A stretch of 64,000 nt of DNA from Alloascoidea hylecoeti (taxonomy: Eukaryota): the NCBI GenBank assembly GCA_001600815.1, contig BCKZ01000015.1, positions 62,001 through 126,000 on the forward strand, written 5' to 3'. The notes below the pieces were generated by a model. It worked only from the letters and a program-made list of their open reading frames with translations, was not told the DNA's origin and did not search any database. Numbering within the stretch: the stretch's first letter is position 1; each line of letters opens with the position of its first letter. A program made the position numbers and the translations under genes. This document shows, one piece after another, positions 52,991 through 64,000 of this stretch.

Positions 52991-53554
52991 AGATTTGTTA
53001 ACTTTTAAAAATGCTTTAGTTTTTGCACTTCCTATAATGCATATGTGTTTCAATTAAGTATATGTTGAGATTATGAACAATAATACCAAATAATACACAG
53101 TAAGGTTCTTAAGTTCTTATCGCTCAATAAGCTTGCAATAGTTGATCTATGTAAAACCCTGCTATCGATTGCAATTGATCTAATACATTGTTCCTGCGTC
53201 CGCTTTGTAGACTCAATAATAATAATTGCTGGCTTAAGGATAAATTTAGAGCATCTGCACGTATAATATTGTTGCTAAGCGATGATTTAAGTCCTAGCAA
53301 GAGAGATGAGGAATCATTGAGGATATAGAAAATAAGCATTATTAGAAGTTTTTATTTATTTATAAATAGCACATTCTTGTAATGGTGATGATCAGGCACG
53401 TGACCCATTGTAAGCTTACATTTGTTGTACCAGGGGTCATTTTGGTCCCACCTTTTATTTTCGATTGTGGTATCCGAACATAGCAAGCAACTCAAAAAAT
53501 ATTGAGAAAGATCTTTTTGTTAATATTTGATATTATTTACATTCAATAGAGTAC

Positions 53555-55726
53555 ATGGAGCTTGAAATGTTGGCCTCACCCATGGCGAATAACGATCATC
53601 TTCAGAGAGACACAAGTCCATCATCAAAGAGATCTTCTGGAGCATTTTCCGATAATAATCTAAAACCAAGTGTTGATATTCCTGCTTCTTCCCCAAATCT
53701 TTTAAATGGGTCAGAGATAGATAATATTTTAATATCGGATATTGGGTTCGAAATTTTATTAAAAAGATTAAAACAGAGTATCAATGTTGCTGAAGAATTT
53801 AGTAAGTTTGTTAAGAAAAAGGCAATTTATCAAGAGGATCATGATAATCAAACTAGAAAGTTATCTAAAAATATGAGAGAAATTTTACGTTTTGCTAAAG
53901 GATTAAATTCAAATGGTTTAACAAAGAAAATGGAGGAATTAATTGGTTTTGATGATAAACTAAATTCGCCACATTCATCATATTCAAAGGCTTTATTTAT
54001 AATGGCTGAGGAATTAAGCGTATTGTGTGGAACAATGTTAAATCAAAGAAGAAATGTTAAAGATGAAGGTAGAAGAAGAGAAAGAGAGTTTACTGATGCA
54101 AACCAAGCAGCCGAGAAATCAAATTCTAGGTATTTTCAATTATCTCTTGAATTGGATAGATTAAAATCATCTGATCCAAATAAAAGAAGTTTCACTATTA
54201 AAGGTTCAAAAACTGGCAGTCAACAAGAAGAAGAATTAAAAAGAAAAATTGAAAACTCAAAAAATGAATACAAATCAAGATCAAATACTGCCCAAAGATT
54301 ACGAAAAGATTTAATTAATATTCATCGTCCAGCAAATAGTAAAGCATTAAAAGAATTGATTTTAGAAATGGACACTGCGCTTAGTGCTCAAATGGCAAAG
54401 TATGCAACATGGAATGAAACTCTTATAATGCAATCTGGTGTTATTATATCACCAATTATTCGTGATCCATCACACCCTTCAATGAGATCTATTGCTGCTT
54501 CAATTAATAATGAAAAAGATTTATATAATTATATTATGAAGCATAAAAGTGAAGCAAAAGTCAAACAATCAAATGCTGTTACCTATAAAGAACATGTATC
54601 TTCCACTTCTCAGTATAACTCACCTTCAGGTTCCTCGGATAGAAAGAAATCGGTAATTTCAATTGGCAGAATGCACTCTAGTGCTGACAAAACACATCAG
54701 AAAACATCTTCATTTGCTGCTAACTTTTTAAAGCACAATCATACAGGTTCTTCTGTTGGCGATGATTTTAAACCAGAAAAGGAGAAGGAGACAAAACCTG
54801 TAGCTGCTACCCCTGCTCCTGTTGTCGTCACCAGTGCTTCCAGTACATTCTCTGCTTCACACTCTCCACCTATGCCATCAATTTCTTCCCCGGTGTCATC
54901 AGTGCCTGGAAATGGAACTGTCAATGCCGGTTATCCTGTTGTGGCAACTATCCAAAAGTCAACAACTGTTACCTCTGTTGATACTGTCTACCAAACACAA
55001 CCACAACAAAACTCTCCCCCAGATTCTCCACAAAATTTAGCTGATTATGAACATAGGCAATCGATATCCGGTGTTTTAGAGACCGAGTCTAATAATGTAC
55101 CGCCTCCGAATCAAAATCATATACTTATTTTTGGAACACCAATTGATCAACTGACTGAAATTGAAGGAGAAATGGTACCAAGAGTAATTACGAAATGTAT
55201 AGAAGTAATTGATACATTTGGATTAAGTTTAGAAGGAATCTATAAGAACATTGGTGATTTAAATCAAGTTAAATTTTTAAAACGCAAAATTGATGAGAAT
55301 ATTGAAAATGTAAATCTATTACATCCAATGGATTCATCATTAGAAACTGATTTATATTCATTTGCTTCATTATTAAAATTGTATTTTTCAGAATTACCTG
55401 AACCAATTTTATTACCATCATCATATTCATCATTTTTAGAAGCGACTAAAATTCAAAGAGCAGAATCTAGAGAAAAGCAAATCCATCAAGCAATTTATGA
55501 TCTACCTGATGGTAGCTACTGGCCATTAAGAAGTTTAGTATTTCATTTACAAAGGATTGTTAAAAAGCAAGAAATTAATAAAATGACACCAAGAGATATT
55601 GGAATTATTTGGGCTCCGTTGTTATTACCAAGAAATAATGATATAACAGCTGAAGAACTTAGTTGGCAAGGAAAGATTATTGAAGAGATAATATTTTTTG
55701 CTGATGATATTTTTGAACCAGAGTAG
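53555..55726 (+). CDS. RGD1: F-BAR + RhoGAP protein, Rgd1-like
   Basis: SDIGFEILLKRLKQSI..EFSKFVKKKA F-BAR start, LKELILEMDTAL, S/P-rich linker, C-terminal IFGTPI..VPRVITKCIEVIDTFGL..ASLLKLYFSELPEP..NKM. Confidence 0.8.
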   Translation: MELEMLASPMANNDHLQRDTSPSSKRSSGAFSDNNLKPSVDIPASSPNLLNGSEIDNILISDIGFEILLKRLKQSINVAEEFSKFVKKKAIYQEDHDNQTRKLSKNMREILRFAKGLNSNGLTKKMEELIGFDDKLNSPHSSYSKALFIMAEELSVLCGTMLNQRRNVKDEGRRREREFTDANQAAEKSNSRYFQLSLELDRLKSSDPNKRSFTIKGSKTGSQQEEELKRKIENSKNEYKSRSNTAQRLRKDLINIHRPANSKALKELILEMDTALSAQMAKYATWNETLIMQSGVIISPIIRDPSHPSMRSIAASINNEKDLYNYIMKHKSEAKVKQSNAVTYKEHVSSTSQYNSPSGSSDRKKSVISIGRMHSSADKTHQKTSSFAANFLKHNHTGSSVGDDFKPEKEKETKPVAATPAPVVVTSASSTFSASHSPPMPSISSPVSSVPGNGTVNAGYPVVATIQKSTTVTSVDTVYQTQPQQNSPPDSPQNLADYEHRQSISGVLETESNNVPPPNQNHILIFGTPIDQLTEIEGEMVPRVITKCIEVIDTFGLSLEGIYKNIGDLNQVKFLKRKIDENIENVNLLHPMDSSLETDLYSFASLLKLYFSELPEPILLPSSYSSFLEATKIQRAESREKQIHQAIYDLPDGSYWPLRSLVFHLQRIVKKQEINKMTPRDIGIIWAPLLLPRNNDITAEELSWQGKIIEEIIFFADDIFEPE

Positions 55727-56006
55727 AGCTAAGTAGTTTGTAGTATTAATTGTTATTAACCATGGATAGTTGGACTTCTCCTAATATTAATTATGAATTA
55801 TGTTAAGTTATTTTGATATCATAATTGCGACGAAACGATATATAAGCTTATAATTATTTAAGTTAGTTAATAAAATTTAACCCCAAACCTCTCTAAATTT
55901 TTAAAATACTTATCTCAACATCAACACAACATCCTAACTCTTAATTCTCTCCTCTTTTTTTTCTCCAAGGGAATGGATGAAGGGAGGCCTATACACTTTT
56001 CTTTGA

Positions 56007-58180
56007 ATGGTTGAGAAAAAGGATCCGACTTATGACAAGGTTCGGGCTAGGGCAAATCAAGCTCAGAAGCAAAAGAAGACAGAGTTGGAGCAAGTGGCAA
56101 TGAACGTATTTGAAAATTTCAAGAATAGTGTATGTATTTATTTTTAAATGAGTTTATATATATTTGCTAACATCGCTATTAGTCTCATTATTATGTTTTG
56201 AAAAGGTCAATAAAAACTATTGTTTCGGACCAGTTCTCACACCATCCGGAAAACTTGGAAAAGACGTCAGAAGAGATATCTCATTCTATTCGACAAAAGA
56301 TTTCATCTGCTCTGGACCAACGGAAACAAATATTATCATTTAAAGAACCCACTGGACATAGGAGCCTTGAGGATAAGGAAATATATGAAAATACTTCAAA
56401 ACTTTACAAATTTCTGCATCTGTATGCCCCGAAACACACTATTAAAGATGCCAATATTCAAGCCGAAATAAGAGATTTGGTGAGCGCAACTAAAGATGCA
56501 GAAGAGGATATACCGTCTCAAACTGTTCTAGATCTTATACCAAACTTGAGATTAAAAGAACAGCCTACTTTAAAACAAAGCGTACATAATGATTCAAATA
56601 TTAATGTTGAGCAAACCGTGAAACAACCGGGAGTGACACAACCGGAAAAAAAGTCAGATTCTACCTATAATTATACCCCGATTCATTTTCCAGCGAAAAA
56701 TAATATCGATTGTATAGGAAACTTCTGGGGCGAAGAAAAAATAAACGTTGATGTTGAAGAAAATACTCCTTATGATGATATGTCTTTTGGGCCTTATAGA
56801 ATAACACCAATGGATGTCCATCAGTTACAGGAGACCAAAAACTATTTTGAATTCAGAACTACAAGCGCTACTGTTTTACAAATGGATGATCATGATATAT
56901 TAATACTAGAGAAGGAAAAAAGCATGGACATAGATAAATTAGATACCCAAGTAGCTGGCCATGAAGAATCCAGCAACCCCGACTCCAATCAATCATCATC
57001 AGCATCATCCCAAACAAGTACAAGCACTCATATTGAAAAACTCACTAAAACTTTATCATCAAAATTGACATACAAACATAGCCTAACAGCAACCAATCTT
57101 CCTAATAATATATACCAAGATTCAAAAAAGATGAAATATAATACTACTCCAATAATTCATCCTCATAATTTTACAAATGTTCCAAAAGGGCCTAGAGCAT
57201 TTCTCGAACACAATCCAACAAATCGTTACAATAAAAGTTGTAACAATTATTTATCTAAAACACCCCAAAATATACTACCACTGAATAAAAAGAATCTCTC
57301 TGTCTCCGATGCTAATAGTATTCCGATACTTAAAAAAAAGAGAGAAATGGACCCCAATATTAGTAATGACGAAAAAGGCACACATAAGCTTGTAAAACAC
57401 ACCGAAAGAAAATCAGAGTATGAATGCGATAAAAACGATAACTTAATTCCCCATAGTCAGACTTCGGAAGAGAATATTGATCGTAGATTTCATTCTGTAC
57501 AAAATGTTATAAAGAGAAATGAAAAATCAAATTTCATCGAAAAAGCATCTATTAATGTTTCCAAAAAAGAGGGAAAAGTTACAGAAACTTCATTCAGCTC
57601 TCGACTGAAAAAAGTTGAAAAGAAAGAATTTCAAGCGCCCCTAGAGGAAATGAAAGAATTAGTTAAAGAAGAAGTTATAAAAGGAAGAAAGGATGCAAAA
57701 CGAGCTACGATGAAAAATCAAAATTTATCACTTCAAGATGTATTAGAAAATATTAACTCAACAATAGCTAATTCAACTACCAAATTTCCAAAGCCACAAA
57801 AGCGAATTATCACAAATAAATCAACCCCTGAACCAGAAAGGACTTTGATTGTCATTCAAAATAAACCAAACAAAAATATTCTGACTGCAAATAACCATCC
57901 TGTAATCAATAGTCGTCCCGAATCTACTGATCAAAATTTAAAAAGTAGATCAAATTCAATTACACCAATGGCTGCCCAAAAAATTCATAAAACAAAAACA
58001 TCATCAACCTCCCCAGAAAAAAGAAAATCAACAGATAATATTCATAATGATAAATCTAAGAAACAAAAAGTTGGATCAATTTCATTAGAACAAAGAATCG
58101 GAATATCATTAAAATCCGAAGATAATAATGACGATAATAATAACAAAAAATATATGAAGAACAATAATATTTACAGAAAA

Positions 58181-58246
<66 letters not shown>

Positions 58247-58294
58247 CACAGAAAACATAAAAAGAAGAATAATAAAAATTATGCAAAGAGATGA
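56007..58294 (+). CDS. Unknown low-complexity K/N/S-rich protein with C-terminal poly-Asn; 2 exons (56007-56129, 56183-58294)
   Basis: Intron 56130-56182 (GTATGT..GCTAAC..TAG) joins a 41-codon exon in frame to the 698-aa ORF; no recognisable domain. Confidence 0.65.
58181..58246 (+). repeat. (AAT)22 coding microsatellite
   Basis: Perfect repeat encoding 22 Asn. Confidence 0.95.
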
Positions 58295-58838
58295 AAAAAA
58301 AAAAGATTCATATGGGTACATTTTGGGGGTATATCGTATTGATGAGTGAATGCTTTTATAAGTTTATGAGGGGGATATTAAAGAAATGACATGTATACGA
58401 AACGGTGATTTAACAATATGATTGTAAGCTTTTGACATCGATTTGATTTTTGATTTAAGAGTGTTAATGCCCTATAATATTAGTTTCTATGTATTGGTAT
58501 AAAGCACTATAAACACAGGCCCTAGAAGGTCCTAATAATCTAAATAGTAAATACTACCCTTACTTAGACTTAATATAAACTAATTACGTGTATAATTAAT
58601 ATTAATTTGCAAGAATGACATAATTTTTTATATTTTTATACAACGTTAACCTCTAGAAAATTAATCAAATCTTGAAAATTTAGAAGCAAAAATCCCGTTT
58701 TAAATACAAACCAATAATAAATAACTACTAACAATTAACAATATATAACCTCTCAATGCACACCAAGAAAATGAATGAAACTTTCTAAAAACAAAAAAAT
58801 TTATCTGTTTAAAGAATATTATGTAGCAGAGCTTATAA

Positions 58839-60500
58839 TTAAAAATTGAAGTTACCACCTTGTCTGAAAAAATGGAATTTATTAGTCCCTTTACCTCCAA
58901 AACTTGGTCCACCAGGGAACCCACCGGGAAATCCACCGGGGAATCCACCGGGGAACCCATGACCTTGACCACCTGGCCTTTGTTGTTCTGTATTATGAGG
59001 ATCATCACCATTATCGAATCTAGCACGTAACTCAGGATCACTAAGGACCTCATATGCGAGGTTAATCTCAGCCATATGTGCTTCAACTTCTTCAGTAGTC
59101 TTATCATTTCCTCTATATTTATCAGGATGATATTCTTTAAGCAGTTTTCTATATGCTTTCTTAATATCACGTTCTGAAGCATCTCTTGGGACTCCTAATA
59201 TTTTATAATAATTTCGATTTCCAGCCTGTTGTTTTAAATTCTGAGCTTTTTGTAATAGTTGTATAACAATTTGATTGTCGTTTTGTATTTCATGAGCTTT
59301 AGATAAAACTTCGATTGCCTTAGCATAATTTTCATCGTTGATTAGTCGAGAACCTTTATGAATTAAAGCAGGTACGAATTCATCGTCATAAAACGACAGA
59401 ACTATATCACAACTTGTTGATGCTTTCGATTTATCTTGTAAAGAAATATACATTTCACAAATTGTTTTCTGTAAATTTGATCTAAATGGTAATTTATTTG
59501 ATACCTTTTCAAGTTTATAATCATCAATTAAAATTTCTTTAATTGATTTTTCCAACATATCAAATTTATTTTCAAATTTTTTGGCATCTCGCTTCTTTAA
59601 TAATGATTGATTATATAACTGTTGTTCAAGTTTTTTAAATTCAGCTGATGATAATTGTTCATTATTTCTTGCTCTAGAGACTATGTCCATGATTTGATCA
59701 AAATTCTTTATTAATTTTGAGGTTTGTTTACAAAATCCATAATCAAAATCATAATGTAAACATTTTCGTAAATGTTTTTGCGCATTATCATACTCCCCTA
59801 ATCCAAAAGCATAAATACTAATCAACTGTTCATAGACTTTCATATCATTTGGTGATAATTGTTCCAAGTGTAATAGATCGGTTATGGAGGATATGAAAGC
59901 TGAGGCACCCTCACCACCTGTATCGATTTCGGCTGTCGTTTTATAAAGAGATAAACGAAACTTCCTTAATGGAACACATTTAGGAGAAATGAGAATCGCT
60001 TCACTGATTTGAGCAATGGCAGCTTCATAATTTTTTGATTTTAATTCATGTTGGGCTTGATTCCAAAAGTTCATACCCATTTCAATTTTCTCCAAGTATT
60101 CTTCATTTCCTGATGTTCCCTGCTTAAGTAAAAAGTCTTTAGCTTCTTGTAACTGTCCATGGTGAATCATAATCTTTGCAGCCTGATGATAGGCAGATGT
60201 AAGCTGAGGATCCAACTCAATAGCTTTAAGAAAATCATTCAAAGCCTGTTTTTCCTTTCCTATATTATAGTAAGTAATCCCTCGTTTCAATAGAATCTCA
60301 GGGAAATATGCTTTTTTAGAAATACCATCCTCTTCATTAACTCGTAATAACTCAGTAAATAAGTCAAGTCCACCATCTAGAGAATTACTTGAGAATAGTT
60401 TATTTGCAGCTTCCAATTTTGAGTGGAAGTCAGTCTTGTAACCTAGAACTGGCACTAAGGCCACTGTGAATATAATAGATAAAAACAAGTTCAGCTTCAT
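58839..60500 (-). CDS. JEM1: ER-lumenal TPR + J-domain co-chaperone (DnaJC3/P58IPK/Jem1)
   Basis: Signal peptide, TPR repeats, CLHYDFD..C, NYYKILGV..YHPDK..INLAYEVLSD..FDNGDDP, GGFP repeats, FNF end. Confidence 0.88.
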   Translation of the reverse strand: MKLNLFLSIIFTVALVPVLGYKTDFHSKLEAANKLFSSNSLDGGLDLFTELLRVNEEDGISKKAYFPEILLKRGITYYNIGKEKQALNDFLKAIELDPQLTSAYHQAAKIMIHHGQLQEAKDFLLKQGTSGNEEYLEKIEMGMNFWNQAQHELKSKNYEAAIAQISEAILISPKCVPLRKFRLSLYKTTAEIDTGGEGASAFISSITDLLHLEQLSPNDMKVYEQLISIYAFGLGEYDNAQKHLRKCLHYDFDYGFCKQTSKLIKNFDQIMDIVSRARNNEQLSSAEFKKLEQQLYNQSLLKKRDAKKFENKFDMLEKSIKEILIDDYKLEKVSNKLPFRSNLQKTICEMYISLQDKSKASTSCDIVLSFYDDEFVPALIHKGSRLINDENYAKAIEVLSKAHEIQNDNQIVIQLLQKAQNLKQQAGNRNYYKILGVPRDASERDIKKAYRKLLKEYHPDKYRGNDKTTEEVEAHMAEINLAYEVLSDPELRARFDNGDDPHNTEQQRPGGQGHGFPGGFPGGFPGGFPGGPSFGGKGTNKFHFFRQGGNFNF

Positions 60501-63457
60501 TAAAAACTTATCAAGTTGGTTTGATCTTTATTGTGTGTGCGAAAATAAAAGAAAACGAACGATGATGTGGCATAAATAAATAGATATTCAGTGCTGATAA
60601 TTACACAGTCCGGTAAATATCAGCATGTAGATAAGCGTATACAAAGTATTTCGTATTATCTGTGTGTGTTAATTTAGTAGAATCTGACGGTGTTTGTTTG
60701 GCACGTATTTAATATTATTGTATGGCACTGTATGTGTTTTTACCCCATCAATATCAGTTCTTATGCTTCTGATCATGAAGTTTGTTTTCAATCATTTTCG
60801 TTATTCACTTTCCAGGAATAGTTATTATATCAAGCGCAATAGGAGATTATAGCCTAGTCCAATTCTAAACTAGCTATAAGCTTTTAGTTCATGTAAGTTA
60901 TATTCTTTTTTCTATTCTGAACATACATTGTTTTATTTTTCTTTTACTACTTCTTTCTTGATTATCGATTTCTTATAATTATTAACCTCATTACTTAACT
61001 ATATTGAATAATTTATTGACGTCGTTACTAACAATAACAGCGTTATCTTTATGCTTCCGCGCTTAGGTGGACTTTTTTTTCCTTTAGCAAGCTTGTAATT
61101 GGCAGTACCTTGAGAATAATATAAATCGATGGTTATTATTTATTACTATTATTTATTTGTAAATATATAATGGTACATTTGGTATTCAATCGTCGCCCCG
61201 ATGTAACTTATAATGTTCCTAACCCTTGTTCACACGGCTAATGCAGTATAAGCTATGTATCAATTGCAAACATTCCATGATTGATCATGGATGAGAGAGT
61301 ATCTTTACTGGGGTAAGCGCCTAATAGTTAGAAGGAAGTTTGTGATGGAGAGTTTTCGCCTCCGGCTATACATTATAAGTATGATTTTATTTATTCCTTA
61401 TTATTTATTATTTATTTATTTATTTATCTTTTTGTTTATCAATTTTTATATTTTTTTTGTCTGTATTTTTAGTTTTTTTATTTTACTTCCTTTTATCTTT
61501 TTAGTGATCCTAGATTCGAATACTATGAAGAACATGTACAATATTGTCTATGAGTATGTTATTAATTTTACTTTTTATCTATATTGAGGTTATATTATTA
61601 GGGTGATCTTTTTTTTTTTTTTCGTTTCTCTCATGAGAAACTTCACTTAATCAGGATCCTGAAAATTTTAAATAGAAGAAAAGAAAAGAAAATAAAAGAA
61701 AAAAAAGTTATGCTTATAATTATGATTTGGTTTACCATTATATATATTTTATATGCTAAAGTTGAAGAGTTAGATGTAATTTCGAGGTGTCATATATGTT
61801 TGTTAGTATGCTAAATTGCCAATTAATATTGTCTATAATTAGTTAAAGTAGTACAGGATTATATTCTCTATTATAATTTGTAGCTCCTTTCCTTCAACCT
61901 TGAGCTCTACCTCATATTCCTTATCTTTAACACTAGGGTTCTTTTCTGTCACTCATTATCTTAGCCGTATGTGGTATTTTGTTTGTATATTTAATATGTC
62001 ACTGTATAGGGCATTCATTCGATTTTGAAATATAAAAAATTGCACTCACATTCATACACTGACTCTAGAGTATCAGGTTTACAATCTATTAAATCTTTTA
62101 AATATTATAGAAGATGAACTAGTTGGAGGAGCTAGTTAAATAAAATCAAACAAGATTAAGCGCCAGTAACCTATAATTAATTTTATTAGACTTTAAAAGA
62201 GCTAAAGTGCTTTTAATTTTTAATTCTGAGTTAATATTATGAATGACAAATATATAAAAAGTTCTATTATGGTATATCAAAGAAGCAAGTTAGCAGTTGT
62301 ATAGATTAAGAATAAAGAATATAAATATTTGGGTAGGAATTGAATAGAATAATTATGATCGTGATCACGTGCTATGATATTTGGTACCCGGTGCAAACTT
62401 CGGCCAAAATTAAGTGTAATAACCGTGATCTTCTAGAATATGATGAGCATTTTACTTCAAGACTCAATTTGAATTTGAATATGAATTTACTTAGAAGTCA
62501 GTTTCATTATAATTAGATTCATTACTAATCAATTCAATCATTACCAGTATCATGAGTTACTTTAGGAATTATAATCTTTACATTTTAATTAAAAAAAAAA
62601 TTATACCTCATGGTTCATTCTTTAGGTTTTAAAAGATGTTATAAATACACGGTTGGTGCAGTAAATGACATCTATTAATATATGGAACGTATACCAGTTA
62701 CAATTGTCGTGACCATAAAGTTAATAATTATAGGATATATCATGCTAATCTCAAACAATTTTTTACTTAAAAATCAGTAATTAATGCCGAAAGAAGGAAG
62801 AAATCTTTAAAAAATAGTAATAGAAACAAAAAACCGTTAATTTAATAATAATTAATGTATGAAATTAATTAATGGTTAATGCGCATACCTCAAAGCAATT
62901 GTACTTTGTTCGAAACAATCCAATCCGCCTTTTTAATATTGATGTGAAATGTAATTAATTATGTGTAAAAACGGTTTAATTCTTATTTAAAGTATGGTAA
63001 GTTTACTATAACAAATTATTAACAATATTAATGACAATGCAAATAAATGCACAAATGAATAGAAAAAGTTTATAAATAAATATTTTTAAATAATAATCTA
63101 ACGATATATCTAAAATATATTACTAATAATAAAATAATGTACAAAGTGTAATTAAGTATTGAGCTAGGTGTGCTTTGGCCTCTCATCAAGAGAATTAATT
63201 AACATTATCATTAACAGGCTTTAAAGATATAAAAAGAAAGTATGACAAAGAAGGAGATGATATGATATGATATGATGAATATGATAATGATAATGGTAAT
63301 GATACATAAAAGTATAAAGTTAATAATAATAATAAAACAAAGAGTAGAAAGAATTGACAAAATTACAGTAAGATCATAAAAGATCTCTTATAAATCACAA
63401 GGTAAAGTAATATAAACATGGGTGTAACGAAAAAGAAACGGAAGCTGTCAGGTTTGT

Positions 63458-63917
63458 TTAAGCCAATTTAACTTTGACCTTCTCACTTAAAGCTTTTATT
63501 TCTTTATAATAGTCATCACCAACATATTCAGCCATTAATAAATAGTTATCGGCAAACATTATTGACTTCCAACTTTCATTAAATAAAGCGGCATCGAATT
63601 CAACTTGAGATTTTAATATGGTTGAGCGTGCAACTGATAAGTAATCTTCCTCGATATCAGAAATGGCGATGGAACGATTAAGGTCAACGATCGCAGTTTT
63701 ATAATTTTGGAGTTCACGATGCGTTTGTGCTCTAAAAATAAAAGGAAGTTAGACGATGTTTAAATTGACGACCATTAAGAATAAATATATACCTTTTATA
63801 ATATAAATCAGAAATGGCTTTACTTTTCTTTGGGGAGTGTTTCTGAACAGACTCCAGCTCAGCGATTGCTTGTGAGTAAGCCAATAAGTTGTTTTGATGT
63901 TCCTGAGACATTGTCAT
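63458..63917 (-). CDS. Small (132 aa) TPR-like helical protein; 2 exons (63917-63793, 63731-63458)
   Basis: Intron 63732-63792 (GTATAT..TCTAAC..TAG) gives LYYKRAQTHRELQNYKTAIVDLNRSI, a TPR consensus, and an open frame to TAA at 63458. Confidence 0.65.
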
Positions 63918-64000
63918 TTTTGGAGGAGGAGGAATTAATTAAAGAGTCGACGCAAAGTGAGAAATAACGGGAACTGGAAGAGTATTTATAAAAGCGATGA

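Noticed and set aside
53100..53340. 71-aa minus ORF and hairpins whose flanks could pair with 25S rRNA (AAUAUUG-NN-GAGAGA) like an H/ACA pocket
   Set aside because: In the rRNA sequence as I recall it the unpaired base is G rather than U, the lower stem is poor and no H or ACA box is at the right distance. Worth an Rfam scan but not callable.
58056..58321. Poly-Tyr and poly-Ile minus-strand ORFs
   Set aside because: Antisense readings of the (AAT)22 repeat.
61291..61587. 98-aa hydrophobic ORF
   Set aside because: F/I/L/Y content comes from a T-rich low-complexity tract; not evidence of a membrane protein.

Overview
AT-rich, intron-containing fungal nuclear DNA. Short introns (48-88 nt) with degenerate CTAAY branch points and a yeast-type gene set suggest an early-diverging budding yeast; this is inference. 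I can support 22 protein genes, 11 of them spliced and rebuilt by hand: ADY2/ATO, SKY1, a Zn2Cys6 factor, JEN1, a divergent calmodulin, ALG1, a HOS1-like HDAC, SPE3, YSA1, SUS1, FUN26, PMT2, CENP-L/Fta1, a YBT1-like ABCC, a pogo-derived gene, a KTR mannosyltransferase, PDX3, a GST, an RGD1-like gene, a poly-Asn orphan, JEM1/DnaJC3 and a small TPR-like protein. The best candidate for a new system lies at 33.4-47.6 kb. A single intact gene there encodes a pogo/Fot1 transposase derivative with a DD35D->DN35D catalytic change, a ~160-aa Asn/Gly/Tyr-rich insert in its DNA-binding region and no flanking TIR pair that I can see. It follows an 8.4-kb gene desert and is followed by a TA-flanked pogo-type MITE and a decayed pogo transposase; copies of the MITE end sequence are scattered across the window. 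Other oddities: four AAG 3' splice sites in 1.5 kb, a RhoGAP with Lys at the arginine finger, a second MITE in the TF/JEN1 promoter, two apparently spliced non-coding loci, and many chained short palindromes. All calls come from reading the sequence; no searches were run.
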